A stretch of 64,000 bases of DNA from an uncultured Oscillospiraceae bacterium (GTDB taxonomy: Bacteria; Bacillota; Clostridia; Peptostreptococcales; Anaerovoracaceae): NCBI GenBank assembly GCA_964370075.1, contig CAYJHC010000001.1, positions 170-64,169 of the forward strand. Reading direction: 5' to 3'. The notes under the pieces are model-generated. The model did no database searches. It was not told the origin of the DNA and was given only the letters and a program-made list of their open reading frames with translations. The translations under genes were made by a program, and so were the position numbers. Positions 1-10,900 of the stretch are shown piece after piece (positions within the stretch are counted from its first letter, which is position 1; each line of letters begins with the position of its first letter).

Positions 1-1
1 A

Positions 2-706
2 CACTTTGGACACCAAACAAGAAGATGGAACCCTAAGATGGCTCCTTACATTTTCACAGAAAGAAATGGTATTTACATCATTGACCTACAAAAATCAGTA
101 GAAAAAATCAATGAAGCATATACTTTTATGAAAAATGCTGCTGAAACTGGAAAGCCAATCTTATTTGTAGGGACTAAGAAGCAAGCCCAATCAGCAATCG
201 TTGATGAAGCTAACAGATGTGGAATGTATTATGTTAACCACAGATGGTTAGGCGGAATGCTTACAAACTATAAGACTATATCAGCTAGAATCAAAAGATT
301 AGAAGAGATAAAAGTTATGTCAGAGGACGGCACTTTTGAGAAATTAGCTAAAAAAGAAGTACTTTCTTTAGTAAGAGAAATGGAAAAATTAGAGAAATTC
401 TTAGGTGGAATTAAGACTATGCCAGGAATGCCTGCTGCTATATTTGTAGTAGACCCTAAGAAAGAGAAAATTGCAGTTAAAGAGGCAAGAGTTTTAGGAA
501 TTCCAGTTATAGGTATAGTAGATACAAACTGTGACCCAGATGATGTTGACTATGTAATACCAGCAAATGATGATGCTATCAGAGCTGTAAAACTAATTGC
601 TAGTGTAATGGCAGATGCGGTAATTGAAGCGAAGCAAGGGGAAAGCTTTGATGAAACTGAAGTTGCTGAAGAAGTAGTTGATGAAGTAGAAACAACTGAA
701 GCGTAA
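2..706 (+). CDS. rpsB: 30S ribosomal protein S2, 5' end cut by window edge
   Basis: The frame is open from nt 2 ([13 protein letters not shown]...) and continues into track ORF 38..706. Canonical S2 sequence is present ([32 protein letters not shown]). It is followed by tsf. Confidence 0.96.
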   Translation, partial: HFGHQTRRWNPKMAPYIFTERNGIYIIDLQKSVEKINEAYTFMKNAAETGKPILFVGTKKQAQSAIVDEANRCGMYYVNHRWLGGMLTNYKTISARIKRLEEIKVMSEDGTFEKLAKKEVLSLVREMEKLEKFLGGIKTMPGMPAAIFVVDPKKEKIAVKEARVLGIPVIGIVDTNCDPDDVDYVIPANDDAIRAVKLIASVMADAVIEAKQGESFDETEVAEEVVDEVETTEA

Positions 707-756
707 ATTATTAAAATTAATCTAGTTTAAATATAGAAACAAGAAAGGTGGAACAA

Positions 757-1719
757 ATGGCAGTAACAGCTCAAATGGTTAAAGAATTAAGAGAGAGAAC
801 TGGTGCAGGAATGATGGATTGCAAGAAAGTTCTTGTTGAAACAGATGGTGATATGGATAAAGCAATTGAAGTTCTTAGAGAAAAAGGACTTGCAAAAGCA
901 GCTAAGAAAGCTGGAAGAGTAGCGGCAGAGGGTATCGTTAGAAGTGCTTACAGCGAAGATGGTAAGATTGCAGCTCTAATTGAAGTGAACTCTGAAACTG
1001 ACTTCGTAGCTAAGAATGAAGAATTTGTTCAGTTTGTTGAAAAGTTAGCTGAAAAAGTATTGGCTGAAAATCCAGCTGATGTTGATGCTTTATTAGTATT
1101 AGACTTTGAAAATGAAGGAACAGTACAAGATGCTTTAAATAATAAAATTGCAACTATCGGTGAGAATCTAAGCATCAGAAGATTTGCAAGATATGATGAT
1201 CCTGAAGTAGTATATACAGGCTACATCCACGGAAATGATAAGGTTGGAGTAATTGTAGGAATCAAAACTGATGGAACTAAAGAAGATATTGCAGTCGTAG
1301 GTAAAGATGTAGCTATGCAAGTAGCAGCAATGAATCCTAAATTTGTAAATGAAAATGGTGTTGATCCAGCATATATTGAAGAAGAGAGAAAAATAACAGA
1401 GCAGCAAATCATTAACGAAGAAGCTGAAAAAGTTGAAGAAGCTAAGGCAAAAGGCAAAGAAGTTAAAGCAAAGAATGCTGAGTTAATTGCAAAAATGGTT
1501 AGTGGAAAAATCAACAAGTTGCTTAAAGAAGTTTGCCTGGTTGAACAAAAATTTGTTAAAGATGGAGAAAAAACAGTTAAGCAATATGTAAAAGAAGTAG
1601 CTGCGGCAGCTAACAAAGAGATGGAAGTTATTCACATGAGAAGATTTGAAGTAGGCGAAGGAATTGAAAAGAAAGAAGAAAACTTTGCTGAAGAAGTTGC
1701 TAAGCAATTAGGAAAATAA
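757..1719 (+). CDS. tsf: Elongation factor Ts
   Basis: ATG 757 gives the standard EF-Ts N-terminus MAVTAQMVKELRERTGAGMMDCKK, preceded by GAAAGGTGG SD. The track ORF starts 9 nt earlier at GTG 748. Confidence 0.95.
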   Translation: MAVTAQMVKELRERTGAGMMDCKKVLVETDGDMDKAIEVLREKGLAKAAKKAGRVAAEGIVRSAYSEDGKIAALIEVNSETDFVAKNEEFVQFVEKLAEKVLAENPADVDALLVLDFENEGTVQDALNNKIATIGENLSIRRFARYDDPEVVYTGYIHGNDKVGVIVGIKTDGTKEDIAVVGKDVAMQVAAMNPKFVNENGVDPAYIEEERKITEQQIINEEAEKVEEAKAKGKEVKAKNAELIAKMVSGKINKLLKEVCLVEQKFVKDGEKTVKQYVKEVAAAANKEMEVIHMRRFEVGEGIEKKEENFAEEVAKQLGK

Positions 1720-1779
1720 TTTAGAAAAGCAAGTTTGAAATTAGTTTTGAAATGACTAAGCTTTTATTAATTGAAAAGT

Positions 1780-1817
1780 ACTGGATATGCAAATAATAAT
1801 GCATATCCAGTTTTTTA
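1780..1817 (+). terminator. Rho-independent terminator after tsf
   Basis: Perfect 12-bp stem ACTGGATATGCA / TGCATATCCAGT with an 8-nt loop, followed by a T6 run. Confidence 0.85.
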
Positions 1818-1819
1818 TG

Positions 1820-1849
1820 TTGAGCAGACTAATGAAATTGTGGTATAAT
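1820..1849 (+). promoter_or_regulatory. Putative sigmaA promoter for pyrH-frr-uppS... operon
   Basis: TTGAGC (1820-1825), 18-nt spacer, extended -10 TGgTATAAT (1841-1849), about 30 nt upstream of the pyrH SD. Confidence 0.55.
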
Positions 1850-1881
1850 ATTCAGTGTATATTTTATGAAAAGGAGTCCAT

Positions 1882-2586
1882 ATGAAACCAGAATATAAAA
1901 GAGTTCTGCTAAAAATAAGCGGAGAAGCTTTAGCAGGGGAAGACAAATTTGGGATTAACGAAAAGGTGATAGAAAATGTAGCTGCTCAAGTAGAAGAAGT
2001 TTACAAATTGGGAGTGCAGATGGCTATTGTAGTTGGTGGAGGAAACTTCTGGAGAGGAAGAACCAGTAAAACTATGGATAAGGCAACAGCAGATTACATG
2101 GGGATGTTAGCTACAGCAATTAATGCATTAGCCTTACAAGATGCCTTAGAGGCTAAAGGAATGGATACAAGAGTTCAAACAGCTATTGAAATGAGAGAAG
2201 TAGCAGAACCTTATATTAGAAGAAAGGCTATGAATCATTTAGAAAAAAATAAAATTGTAATCTTTGGTGCGGGAACAGGAAATCCTTTCTTTTCAACAGA
2301 TACAACAGCAGCATTAAGGGCAGCAGAGATAGAATCAGAGGTGATTTTACTAGCAAAAACAATTGATGCTGTATATTCGGCTGATCCAAACATTGATAAA
2401 TCAGCAGTAAGATATGACAGTTTAACTCATTGGGAAGTTTTAGAAAAAGATTTAAAAGTTATGGATTCTACAGCAGCATCTCTTTGTAGAGATAATGAGA
2501 TAAAAATACACGTTTTTTCTCTTGCAGAAGAAGGGAATATACTTAAAGCTGTTTGTGGAGAAAAAATTGGAACGATTATTACTTAG
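1882..2586 (+). CDS. pyrH: UMP kinase
   Basis: [22 protein letters not shown] and [14 protein letters not shown] motifs, in the tsf-pyrH-frr synteny. Confidence 0.95.
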   Translation: MKPEYKRVLLKISGEALAGEDKFGINEKVIENVAAQVEEVYKLGVQMAIVVGGGNFWRGRTSKTMDKATADYMGMLATAINALALQDALEAKGMDTRVQTAIEMREVAEPYIRRKAMNHLEKNKIVIFGAGTGNPFFSTDTTAALRAAEIESEVILLAKTIDAVYSADPNIDKSAVRYDSLTHWEVLEKDLKVMDSTAASLCRDNEIKIHVFSLAEEGNILKAVCGEKIGTIIT

Positions 2587-2592
2587 GAGGAT

Positions 2593-3153
2593 ATGATGAA
2601 CAAGGATATTAAAGAAAATTTAAAAGAGAAAATTGAAAAAAGCTTAAATGTACTAAAAGAAGAATTAACTACAGTTAGGGCAGGAAGAGCAAATCCAGGA
2701 ATTTTAGATAAAATTCAAGTTGAATATTATGGGGTTCCAACGCCACTAAAGAGCGTTGCAAATATTTCTGTACCAGATCCAAGAACGCTTATGATTACTC
2801 CTTTTGATGCTAAGTCAATTCAGGAAATAGAAAAAGCAATTAATATTGCTAATATAGGAATTACTCCGAGTAATGACGGAAAGGCAATTAGACTTGGAAT
2901 TCCTGAGGTTACAGAAGAAAGAAGGAAAGAACTGACAAAGACTGTTAAAAAGCTTGGAGAAGATGATAAGGTGGCAATTAGAAATCTTAGAAGAGATGCT
3001 AATGATCATTTGAAAAAATTACAAAAAGCTGGAGACTTAACTGAAGATGATCTGGCTACAGACGAAAAAGATGTTCAAAAAATCGTTGATGATGCGATCA
3101 AAACTATTGATGAAATGGTGAAGAAAAAAGAAAAAGAAATAATGGAAGTATAA
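2593..3153 (+). CDS. frr: Ribosome recycling factor
   Basis: RRF sequence (TVRAGRANPGILD, ITPSNDG..IRL.IP..TEERRKEL). AGGAGG lies at 2585-2590, so the second ATG at 2596 may be the real start. Confidence 0.94.
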   Translation: MMNKDIKENLKEKIEKSLNVLKEELTTVRAGRANPGILDKIQVEYYGVPTPLKSVANISVPDPRTLMITPFDAKSIQEIEKAINIANIGITPSNDGKAIRLGIPEVTEERRKELTKTVKKLGEDDKVAIRNLRRDANDHLKKLQKAGDLTEDDLATDEKDVQKIVDDAIKTIDEMVKKKEKEIMEV

Positions 3154-3169
3154 TATACTTGGAGAAGAT

Positions 3170-3892
3170 ATGTTAGACAAAAACAACTTGCCCTCTCATA
3201 TTGCATTAATAATGGATGGGAATGGAAGATGGGCAAAGAAAAGATTCTTACCTAGAATAATGGGTCATAGAGGTGGAATTAAGTCAATAAAAAAAGTTGT
3301 CATTAGGGCAAATGAGATTGGAATTAAATTTATTACAGTCTATGCTTTTTCCACTGAAAATTGGAAGAGATCAAATGATGAAGTTAGTGGAATCTTTGAT
3401 TTGCTAGTTGAGTTTACACTAAAAGAACGGGCAGAACTTCATGAAAAAAACGTGAAGGTTATTATGCTTGGGAAATTTGAAGGAATTCCTAAGGCGGCCG
3501 AAAAAGCTATTCGTGATACTATGGAGCTGACTAAGAATAACAGTGGATTAGTATTAAATTTGGCTGTAAACTATGGCAGTCGGGATGAATTAACAATGGC
3601 GGCGAGGGTTATTGCAAGACAGGTTAAGGATAACCTTATTTCTCTAGAGGATATTAACGAAGAGACAATATCTAGAAACCTATATACGGGTGTTTATAAT
3701 ATCCCGGATCCTGATTTGATAGTAAGGACAAGTGGAGAACAAAGGCTATCTAACTATTTATTGTGGCAGATTGCTTATTCTGAATTTGTGTTTACAGATG
3801 TGCTTTGGCCAGATTACGATGGAGATGAACTAGAGAAGTCAATTGAAGAATATCAAAAAAGAAATCGAAGATTTGGCGAAAGGAAAGAATAA
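3170..3892 (+). CDS. uppS: Undecaprenyl diphosphate synthase (cis-prenyltransferase)
   Basis: HIALIMDGNGRWA, YAFSTENWKR and IRTSGEQRLSNYLLWQ motifs. Confidence 0.94.
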   Translation: MLDKNNLPSHIALIMDGNGRWAKKRFLPRIMGHRGGIKSIKKVVIRANEIGIKFITVYAFSTENWKRSNDEVSGIFDLLVEFTLKERAELHEKNVKVIMLGKFEGIPKAAEKAIRDTMELTKNNSGLVLNLAVNYGSRDELTMAARVIARQVKDNLISLEDINEETISRNLYTGVYNIPDPDLIVRTSGEQRLSNYLLWQIAYSEFVFTDVLWPDYDGDELEKSIEEYQKRNRRFGERKE

Positions 3893-4681
3893 ATGAAAAC
3901 GAGAGTTATTTCAGGGTTAATAATGGTGCCTTTTCTAGGAATTTTACTTTTAGGAGACTATGTGCTGCTTGCTACCACTTTTTTGATTGGGATAGCAGCA
4001 GTATATGAGTTTTATAAAGGATTTCATTCCTTACATATAAAACCTTGTTACCCGATAGCTGTTTGTGTGGCTTTGTTACTATATGGGATTAACATTTTTC
4101 AGCTACCTCAAATTTATTATTTCATGGTGATCATGGTGGCTTTTTTTGCTTCAGTCCTGTACCTATTTAACATTGAAAATCGAAAAATTGAAGACGGAAT
4201 GGTTACTCTTTTTGGAATTATCTACATAATTGGTTGCTCTTTTCAGGTGGCGTTAGTAGAGCAGCAGATACATAACTTTGTTTGGCTAATTATTTGGACG
4301 GCCTTTGGCACTGATGTATTTGCATATTTCTCAGGCTTTCTTTTTGGCAAACATAAGTTATGTCCGAAGATAAGCCCTAAAAAAACAATAGAAGGTTCAA
4401 TAGGAGGAACATTAGGAAGCATTTTTCTTTGTGGAATATTTGGATATTTTGTAATGCCAGAATACTTAATACACTGCTTAATTATTGGTGCTCTTGGGGG
4501 AATAACTTCTCAACTAGGAGACCTTACCGCATCTATATTTAAAAGAAAAATGGGTATTAAAGATTATGGACATTTAATTCCAGGACATGGTGGGATTTTA
4601 GATAGGTTTGATAGCGTACTATTTACTGCACCTTTAGTGTTTGCTTATATAGTTGTTGTAATAAATGGAGGCTCGATTTAA
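3893..4681 (+). CDS. cdsA: Phosphatidate cytidylyltransferase
   Basis: Polytopic membrane protein with the CTP-transferase signature SxxKRxxGxKDxGxLIPGHGGILDRxDS. Confidence 0.92.
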   Translation: MKTRVISGLIMVPFLGILLLGDYVLLATTFLIGIAAVYEFYKGFHSLHIKPCYPIAVCVALLLYGINIFQLPQIYYFMVIMVAFFASVLYLFNIENRKIEDGMVTLFGIIYIIGCSFQVALVEQQIHNFVWLIIWTAFGTDVFAYFSGFLFGKHKLCPKISPKKTIEGSIGGTLGSIFLCGIFGYFVMPEYLIHCLIIGALGGITSQLGDLTASIFKRKMGIKDYGHLIPGHGGILDRFDSVLFTAPLVFAYIVVVINGGSI

Positions 4682-4685
4682 TAAT

Positions 4686-5837
4686 ATGAAGGAATTTGTC
4701 ATACTGGGAAGTACTGGCTCAATAGGAACACAATGTTTAGAAATTATAGAAAAGAACCAAGCTGATTATAGGGCTTCGGTTCTTTCTTGCGATAAGAGAA
4801 TAGATGATTTGATTTTACAGATTAAAAAATTCTCACCAGATGCGGTAGTAGTGTCAAGGGAAGAAGATGGAAAAAATCTTCAATCTATGTTTAGAGATCT
4901 TAAAGTTTTAGTTGGTGATGAAGGGTTGATTGAGGTTTCCAAGAAGTCCTGCCATATGGTCATTAATGCCTTAGTTGGGATTAGAGGACTACGTCCAACA
5001 TGGGCAGCAATAAATGCAGGAAATCACATTGGCCTAGCTAACAAAGAGACACTAGTTGCAGGTGGGGCCTTGATTATGGACAAAGCAAAGGAGATGAATG
5101 TAAATATTCTTCCTATTGATAGTGAACATAGCGCTATTTTTCAATGCTTAAATGGCGAAAACAAGAGGAAAATTGAGAAAATAATACTAACTGCATCAGG
5201 AGGTCCTTTTAGGGGGAAAAATAAAAAAATTCTCGAATCTGTAACTTTAGAGGATGCGTTAAAACACCCAAAATGGGAAATGGGGGCTAAGATTACTATT
5301 GATTCTTCAACCCTTATGAATAAAGGTCTTGAGGTTATAGAAGCTAGATGGCTTTTTGATGTTCCTATGGATAAAATATCAGTAGTTGTTCATCCACAAA
5401 GCATTATTCACTCTATGGTGGAGTTTGTAGATGGATCCGTAATGGCCCAACTTGGTAATCCAGACATGAAAATTCCAATTTCATATGTGATGGAATATCC
5501 AGAAAGATTACCTATGAAGGGAAATAGACTTTCTCTTACTGATGAAAGAACATTAACCTTTGAAGAACCTGATATGGATACCTTTTCTTGCCTTGAACTG
5601 GCATTTACTGCTGGAAAAAAAGGCGGGGCATACCCTATAATTCTTAACGGAGCAAATGAAGCCTTGGTTGACCTTTTTCTTAACAAAAAAATTGAATACT
5701 TAGAAATTCAAGAAACTTTAGAAAAAGTAATGGCTGAATGTGAATACAAAAGTCCATCATCTATAGAGGAGATAATAGAATTAGATAAGATAATTAAGAA
5801 AAAAATATATACTCAATTTGAGGATAGGAGAAATTAA
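4686..5837 (+). CDS. dxr: 1-deoxy-D-xylulose 5-phosphate reductoisomerase
   Basis: ATG 4686 gives MKEFVILGSTGSIGTQ (NADPH-binding GSTGSIG). LANKE, DSEHSA and NKGLE motifs are present. The track ORF start at 4665 overlaps cdsA and is less likely. Confidence 0.94.
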   Translation: MKEFVILGSTGSIGTQCLEIIEKNQADYRASVLSCDKRIDDLILQIKKFSPDAVVVSREEDGKNLQSMFRDLKVLVGDEGLIEVSKKSCHMVINALVGIRGLRPTWAAINAGNHIGLANKETLVAGGALIMDKAKEMNVNILPIDSEHSAIFQCLNGENKRKIEKIILTASGGPFRGKNKKILESVTLEDALKHPKWEMGAKITIDSSTLMNKGLEVIEARWLFDVPMDKISVVVHPQSIIHSMVEFVDGSVMAQLGNPDMKIPISYVMEYPERLPMKGNRLSLTDERTLTFEEPDMDTFSCLELAFTAGKKGGAYPIILNGANEALVDLFLNKKIEYLEIQETLEKVMAECEYKSPSSIEEIIELDKIIKKKIYTQFEDRRN

Positions 5838-6841
5838 TGACAACAATTATAGTATTAATACTTATGTTTAGTGTTCTAATAGGAATACATGAATTTGGAC
5901 ATTTAATAGCAGCAAAAAAATCAGGCGTTAAGGTTAACGAATTTGCTTTAGGAATGGGTCCTAAAATCTTTTCAAAGCAAAAAGGAGAAACCCTTTACTC
6001 TTTAAGAGCTTTTCCAATAGGAGGATTTTGCGCTATGGAAGGAGAGGATGATGAGTCTGATCACGAAAGAAGTTTTGGTAAGGCTAGTTACCCAAGAAAA
6101 ATAATAATAATAATTGCTGGTTCTATATGTAATTTTTTGTTAGCCATTATTATTATGATCGGTGTAGTCTTATATATAGGGACTCCTTCCACGGAGGTAG
6201 AGTCAGTAGTAGAAGATGGACCGGCAGCCGTTGCGGGAATAAAAGCAGGGGACATTATTCTTCAGGTTGATAACACAAATATAGAAGAATGGGAAGACTT
6301 AGGAGCTGCGATAGATGCGAATAATTCAGGAACTGTAGAAATAGTTTTAGATAGAGATGGAAAAGAAGTAACATACGAGACGAAAATTGTTGAAGAAGAT
6401 GGACGGAGTATTATAGGTGTTACCAGCAAATTAGAAAAAAACATATTAGCTGCAATTCCTGCAGGAATAGAAAGCACTTGGAATTTAGCGGTAAATATGG
6501 TAGACGTTTTGAAACAATTATTTACTGGGCAAGTAGGTATAGATCAATTGACAGGTCCTATTGGAATAGGGTTCGTAGTAAATGAGACATTGAATATTGG
6601 CCTGGTAAACTTTTTCTACTTAATGGCTATGATAAGTTTGAATCTTGGGATAATAAATTTGCTACCACTTCCAGCTCTTGATGGAGGTAGACTATTGTTT
6701 ATAATTATTAATATGATTACTGGAAAGGCAGTTTCAGATAAGGTGGAAGGAACTATTCACTTAATAGGCATGAGCTTATTATTGTTACTAGCCTTATACA
6801 TAGCTGGTCAAGACATTATCAGATTCGTATTACCAAGCTAA
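5837..6841 (+). CDS. rseP: RIP site-2 metalloprotease (M50) with PDZ domain
   Basis: HEFGH zinc motif in TM1, a central PDZ-like segment, and C-terminal NLLPLPALDGG. Confidence 0.9.
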   Translation: MTTIIVLILMFSVLIGIHEFGHLIAAKKSGVKVNEFALGMGPKIFSKQKGETLYSLRAFPIGGFCAMEGEDDESDHERSFGKASYPRKIIIIIAGSICNFLLAIIIMIGVVLYIGTPSTEVESVVEDGPAAVAGIKAGDIILQVDNTNIEEWEDLGAAIDANNSGTVEIVLDRDGKEVTYETKIVEEDGRSIIGVTSKLEKNILAAIPAGIESTWNLAVNMVDVLKQLFTGQVGIDQLTGPIGIGFVVNETLNIGLVNFFYLMAMISLNLGIINLLPLPALDGGRLLFIIINMITGKAVSDKVEGTIHLIGMSLLLLLALYIAGQDIIRFVLPS

Positions 6842-6879
6842 GTAAATAAGTAAAGGGGTTAGGAGTCGAAAGAAATATT

Positions 6880-7941
6880 ATGACAAAAGAAATTCTATGC
6901 AGAGATATAAAAATAGGTAATGGGAACCCAATTTCTATTCAATCAATGACCAACACAAAGACATCTAATGTCAAAGATACTTTGGAACAAATTAATCAAC
7001 TTAAGGAAGAGGGTTGCCAAATAATTAGAATGGCGATTAATACTATGGAAGCTGCTGAGGCTATTACAGAAATAAGAAAGAAAGTAGACTTACCATTAGT
7101 AGGGGATGTGCATTTTGACTATAAGTTAGCTTTGGCTGCGATAAAAAACGGAGTTGATAAAATTAGAATTAACCCTGGAAACATTGGAAGTGAAGAGAGG
7201 CTTATGGCAGTAGTGGAAGCTGCAAAGGAAAGAAATATTCCAATTAGAGTAGGGATAAATGGCGGCTCTTTAGAAAAAGATATTTTGGCTAAATATGGCC
7301 AGGTTTCTCCTGAAGCTTTAACTGAAAGTGCCCTTAGAAACATTGCGCTAATCGAAAAATATAATTATGACCAAATTGTAGTTTCGGTAAAATCTTCAAA
7401 TGTGACTACAAATTTTGAAGCCTATAAGTTGTTGTCGAATAGTACCGAGTACCCTCTACATATAGGGTTAACAGAGGCGGGGTATTCCACCTCAGGCATT
7501 ATTAAGTCTTCAGTAGCTTTAGGTGGTTTAATACTTGACGGAATAGGAGATACAATGAGAGTTTCCTTAACTGGAAATCCTGTTGAGGAAATAAAAATAG
7601 CCAAAGAAATTCTTTACGCAACAGGACAAAGAAAACCTTTAATTGAAGTGATTTCCTGCCCTACCTGTGGAAGAACCCATGGAGATTTAGAAAAATATGT
7701 AAAGTTAATGGACAAAGTGATTAAAGATAATACCTTGGAGAAGTTCGTAAAAGAGCCTATCAATATAGCCATAATGGGGTGTGAGGTTAATGGTCCAGGT
7801 GAAGCAAAGGAAGCTACGTATGGAGTGGCTTATGGTAAAGGGGTGGCTCTTATTTTTCGAAAAGGAAGATCTATTGCAAAAGTCGATGAGGAAGAAGGGA
7901 TTTTTACTTTAATTGACATAATAAAAAATTCGACACAATAG
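6880..7941 (+). CDS. ispG: 4-hydroxy-3-methylbut-2-enyl diphosphate synthase
   Basis: IQSMTNT, RINPGNIG and CPTCGR...GCxVNGPGE [4Fe-4S] motifs. Confidence 0.94.
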   Translation: MTKEILCRDIKIGNGNPISIQSMTNTKTSNVKDTLEQINQLKEEGCQIIRMAINTMEAAEAITEIRKKVDLPLVGDVHFDYKLALAAIKNGVDKIRINPGNIGSEERLMAVVEAAKERNIPIRVGINGGSLEKDILAKYGQVSPEALTESALRNIALIEKYNYDQIVVSVKSSNVTTNFEAYKLLSNSTEYPLHIGLTEAGYSTSGIIKSSVALGGLILDGIGDTMRVSLTGNPVEEIKIAKEILYATGQRKPLIEVISCPTCGRTHGDLEKYVKLMDKVIKDNTLEKFVKEPINIAIMGCEVNGPGEAKEATYGVAYGKGVALIFRKGRSIAKVDEEEGIFTLIDIIKNSTQ

Positions 7942-7966
7942 CGAGTAAAAGGAGTAAGTAATAATA

Positions 7967-10900
7967 ATGAATGAAATATTCAATCAATACTTAAAGGATG
8001 GATATAAATATAAAATTGACAGGGCAGTAATCTCTAAAGACAGAAAAAGTCTTACTATAGAGATTACTCTTAATTTTATTCTAACTGAAAAAGAATTAAA
8101 CGAAATAAAGGGGAAAATAATAGAAAAATCTGGAGTAGAAAAAGTAATATTATCTTTAAATTGCGAAGACGTTGAAATGTGTTCCAAAGATATAGTAAGC
8201 AAAATGTTTCCTACTGTAATAACAAAATTACCCTTACATATTGAGGGTATGTTAAAGTCAGTAAAAAAAGAAGATTTGGTTATAGATGAAAACAAAGTAG
8301 TCGTTCATGTAATGGGAGAAAGTGTTGCAAACATGCTAAATTCTCAGGCAAAACATGAACTTAAAAAAGAATATAAAGACATAATTCAAATTGACCTTGA
8401 CTTTGATTTTGTACATCATGAGGAGAAGTTTGGAAATTTAAAAAGTTTAATTGATGAGAAAAACCCAGACCCGATTAGACAAAGTCAAAGTAAACCTGTT
8501 GCAAATAAGCCTGTAACAAAAGAAAAAAGTGAAAAAAAAGAAGGGTATGGAAGGAAAAGAAAGGCAAAAAGTTTTTTTACTGAAATTAGTTCTGCTAAAG
8601 CTGTCTTGCCAATTAAAGAAATTCACGAGCCACAAAAGGAGATCGTTATTGAAGGGACTCTTTTTAAGAAAAGCAGCTTTTTGACTAAAATAGGTTCACA
8701 TCTTCTTAGTCTATATATTACAGATGGGAACTCTTCTATAATGGCAAAGGCATTTTTGAAGGAAGAATTTTTTGATGAATTTAAAGAAAAAGTCAAAGAA
8801 GGAGATTCCCTTAAGTTAACAGGTGACATAGAGTGGGATAACTGGGATAGAACATATGTAATTATGGCTAAGGGTATTATGAAGACGGAAGGGAAATCTA
8901 GAGAAGATAATGCTTCGGTAAAAAGGGTTGAACTTCATGCTCACACTAAAATGAGTAGTCTGGATGGTTTAAATGATGTAGATACTTTAATAAGTACTGC
9001 CAAAAAATGGGGTCATGAGGCTATTGCAATCACAGATCATGGAGTGGTTCAAGCCTTTCCTGACGCATATCACTGTGCCAAAGGAATAAAGGTGATTTAT
9101 GGTTTAGAGGGATATCTTCTTGATGATAAAGATAGAATAATGGAAGATGGAACTATAGACTATAAAAAGCACCCAACTAACCATATTATAATTTTAGCAA
9201 AAAATGAAATTGGGATTAAAAATATATATAAACTAGTTTCGACTTCACATATAGATTATTTTTACAAAAAACCAAGAATACCTAAAAGTATTTTAACGAA
9301 ATATAGAGAAGGACTTATATTAGGAACTGCCTGTGAGGCAGGTGAACTTTATCAAGCTATTTTGAATAAAAAATCTGAAGAAGAAATAAAAGAAATTGCG
9401 GATTACTATGATTATTTAGAAATTCAACCTCTTACAAATAATTACTTTATGATTAGGAAAAACATTGTAGAATCTGAAGAAGAGTTAATTAGAATAAATA
9501 AAAAAATAGTTAGACTAGGTGAAGAGTTAGGGAAACCTGTAGTTGCCACATGTGACACCCATTATACTAATAAAGAAGATGGAAAATATAGGGATGTAAT
9601 TATGGCAGGTCAAGGTTATAAAGATGTTGAAGATAGTAGCGACTTATATTTAAGAACTACAGAAGAAATGCTAGAAGAATTTTCATATCTTGGAGAAGAC
9701 AAGGCATATGAAGTTGTTGTTACAAATACCAATTTTATTTCTCAGATGATAGAAAACGTTAGCCCTCTAAAAAAGGGTAAATTCCCTCCTAAAATAGAGG
9801 GGGATAAGGAAGAGCTTAGAGAGACTTGTGAGAGAACTGCTAAAGAGATTTATGGAGAGCCACTACCTGAGCTAATAAGTGAGAGATTAGAGAGAGAGCT
9901 TAACTCAATAATAAGTAACGGCTATGCAGTAATGTATATTTCGGCAAAGAAATTAGTAGACAAATCAATGGAAGATGGTTATCTAGTAGGGTCGAGAGGC
10001 TCAGTGGGCTCTTCTTTTGCAGCAACTATGTCTGGAATTACTGAAGTTAACCCTTTGCCACCACATTACATTTGCCCACAATGTAAATATTTAGAGTGGG
10101 GAGATGAGGAAAAATATGAGTGTGGTGTAGATCTTCCTCAAAAAAACTGTCCAGAATGTGGTGCTTTGCTAAAGCAAGATGGGTTTTCCATTAGGTTTGA
10201 AACCTTTTTAGGGTTTGAAGGAGATAAAGAACCAGATATTGACCTTAATTTTGCAGGAGAGTATCAGGCAAAAGCTCATAAATATGTTGAAGAAATTTTT
10301 GGCCCAGAGAATGTATATAAGGCAGGAACAATAGGGACAATAGCAGAAAAGACCGCTTTTGGTTTTGCCAAAAAATATTTTGAAGAAAGAGGAATCCAAG
10401 AAAATAAAGTAGAGCTTGAAAGGTTAACTTTAGGATGTCTAAAGGTAAAGAGGACTACAGGGCAACATCCAGGAGGTATAATTATTGTACCAAGAGGTAG
10501 AGAAATTTATGAGTTTTGCCCAATAAATTATCCTGCAAACAAATCAGAAGATAATATTATTACTACGCATTTTGATTATCACTCTATAGATAGTAACCTA
10601 CTAAAGCTTGATATACTAGGGCATGATGCGCCTTCTATGATCCGTTGGCTTGAACTTCTTACAGGAGTAGCCCCAGATCAGGTTCCTCTTTCTGATGAAA
10701 AAGTCGCTAGCCTTTTTCTAGGAACAGAAGGTTTAGATATTAAAATTAATAACTATAAATTTACTCATGGTAGTTATGGGATACCTGAATTCGGTACTAA
10801 ATTTGTAAGACAGATGTTAGATGATACTAAGCCCAAAAATCTTGGAGATTTAATTAGGATTTCAGGACTGTCTCATGGTACAGATGTATGGATAAATAAT

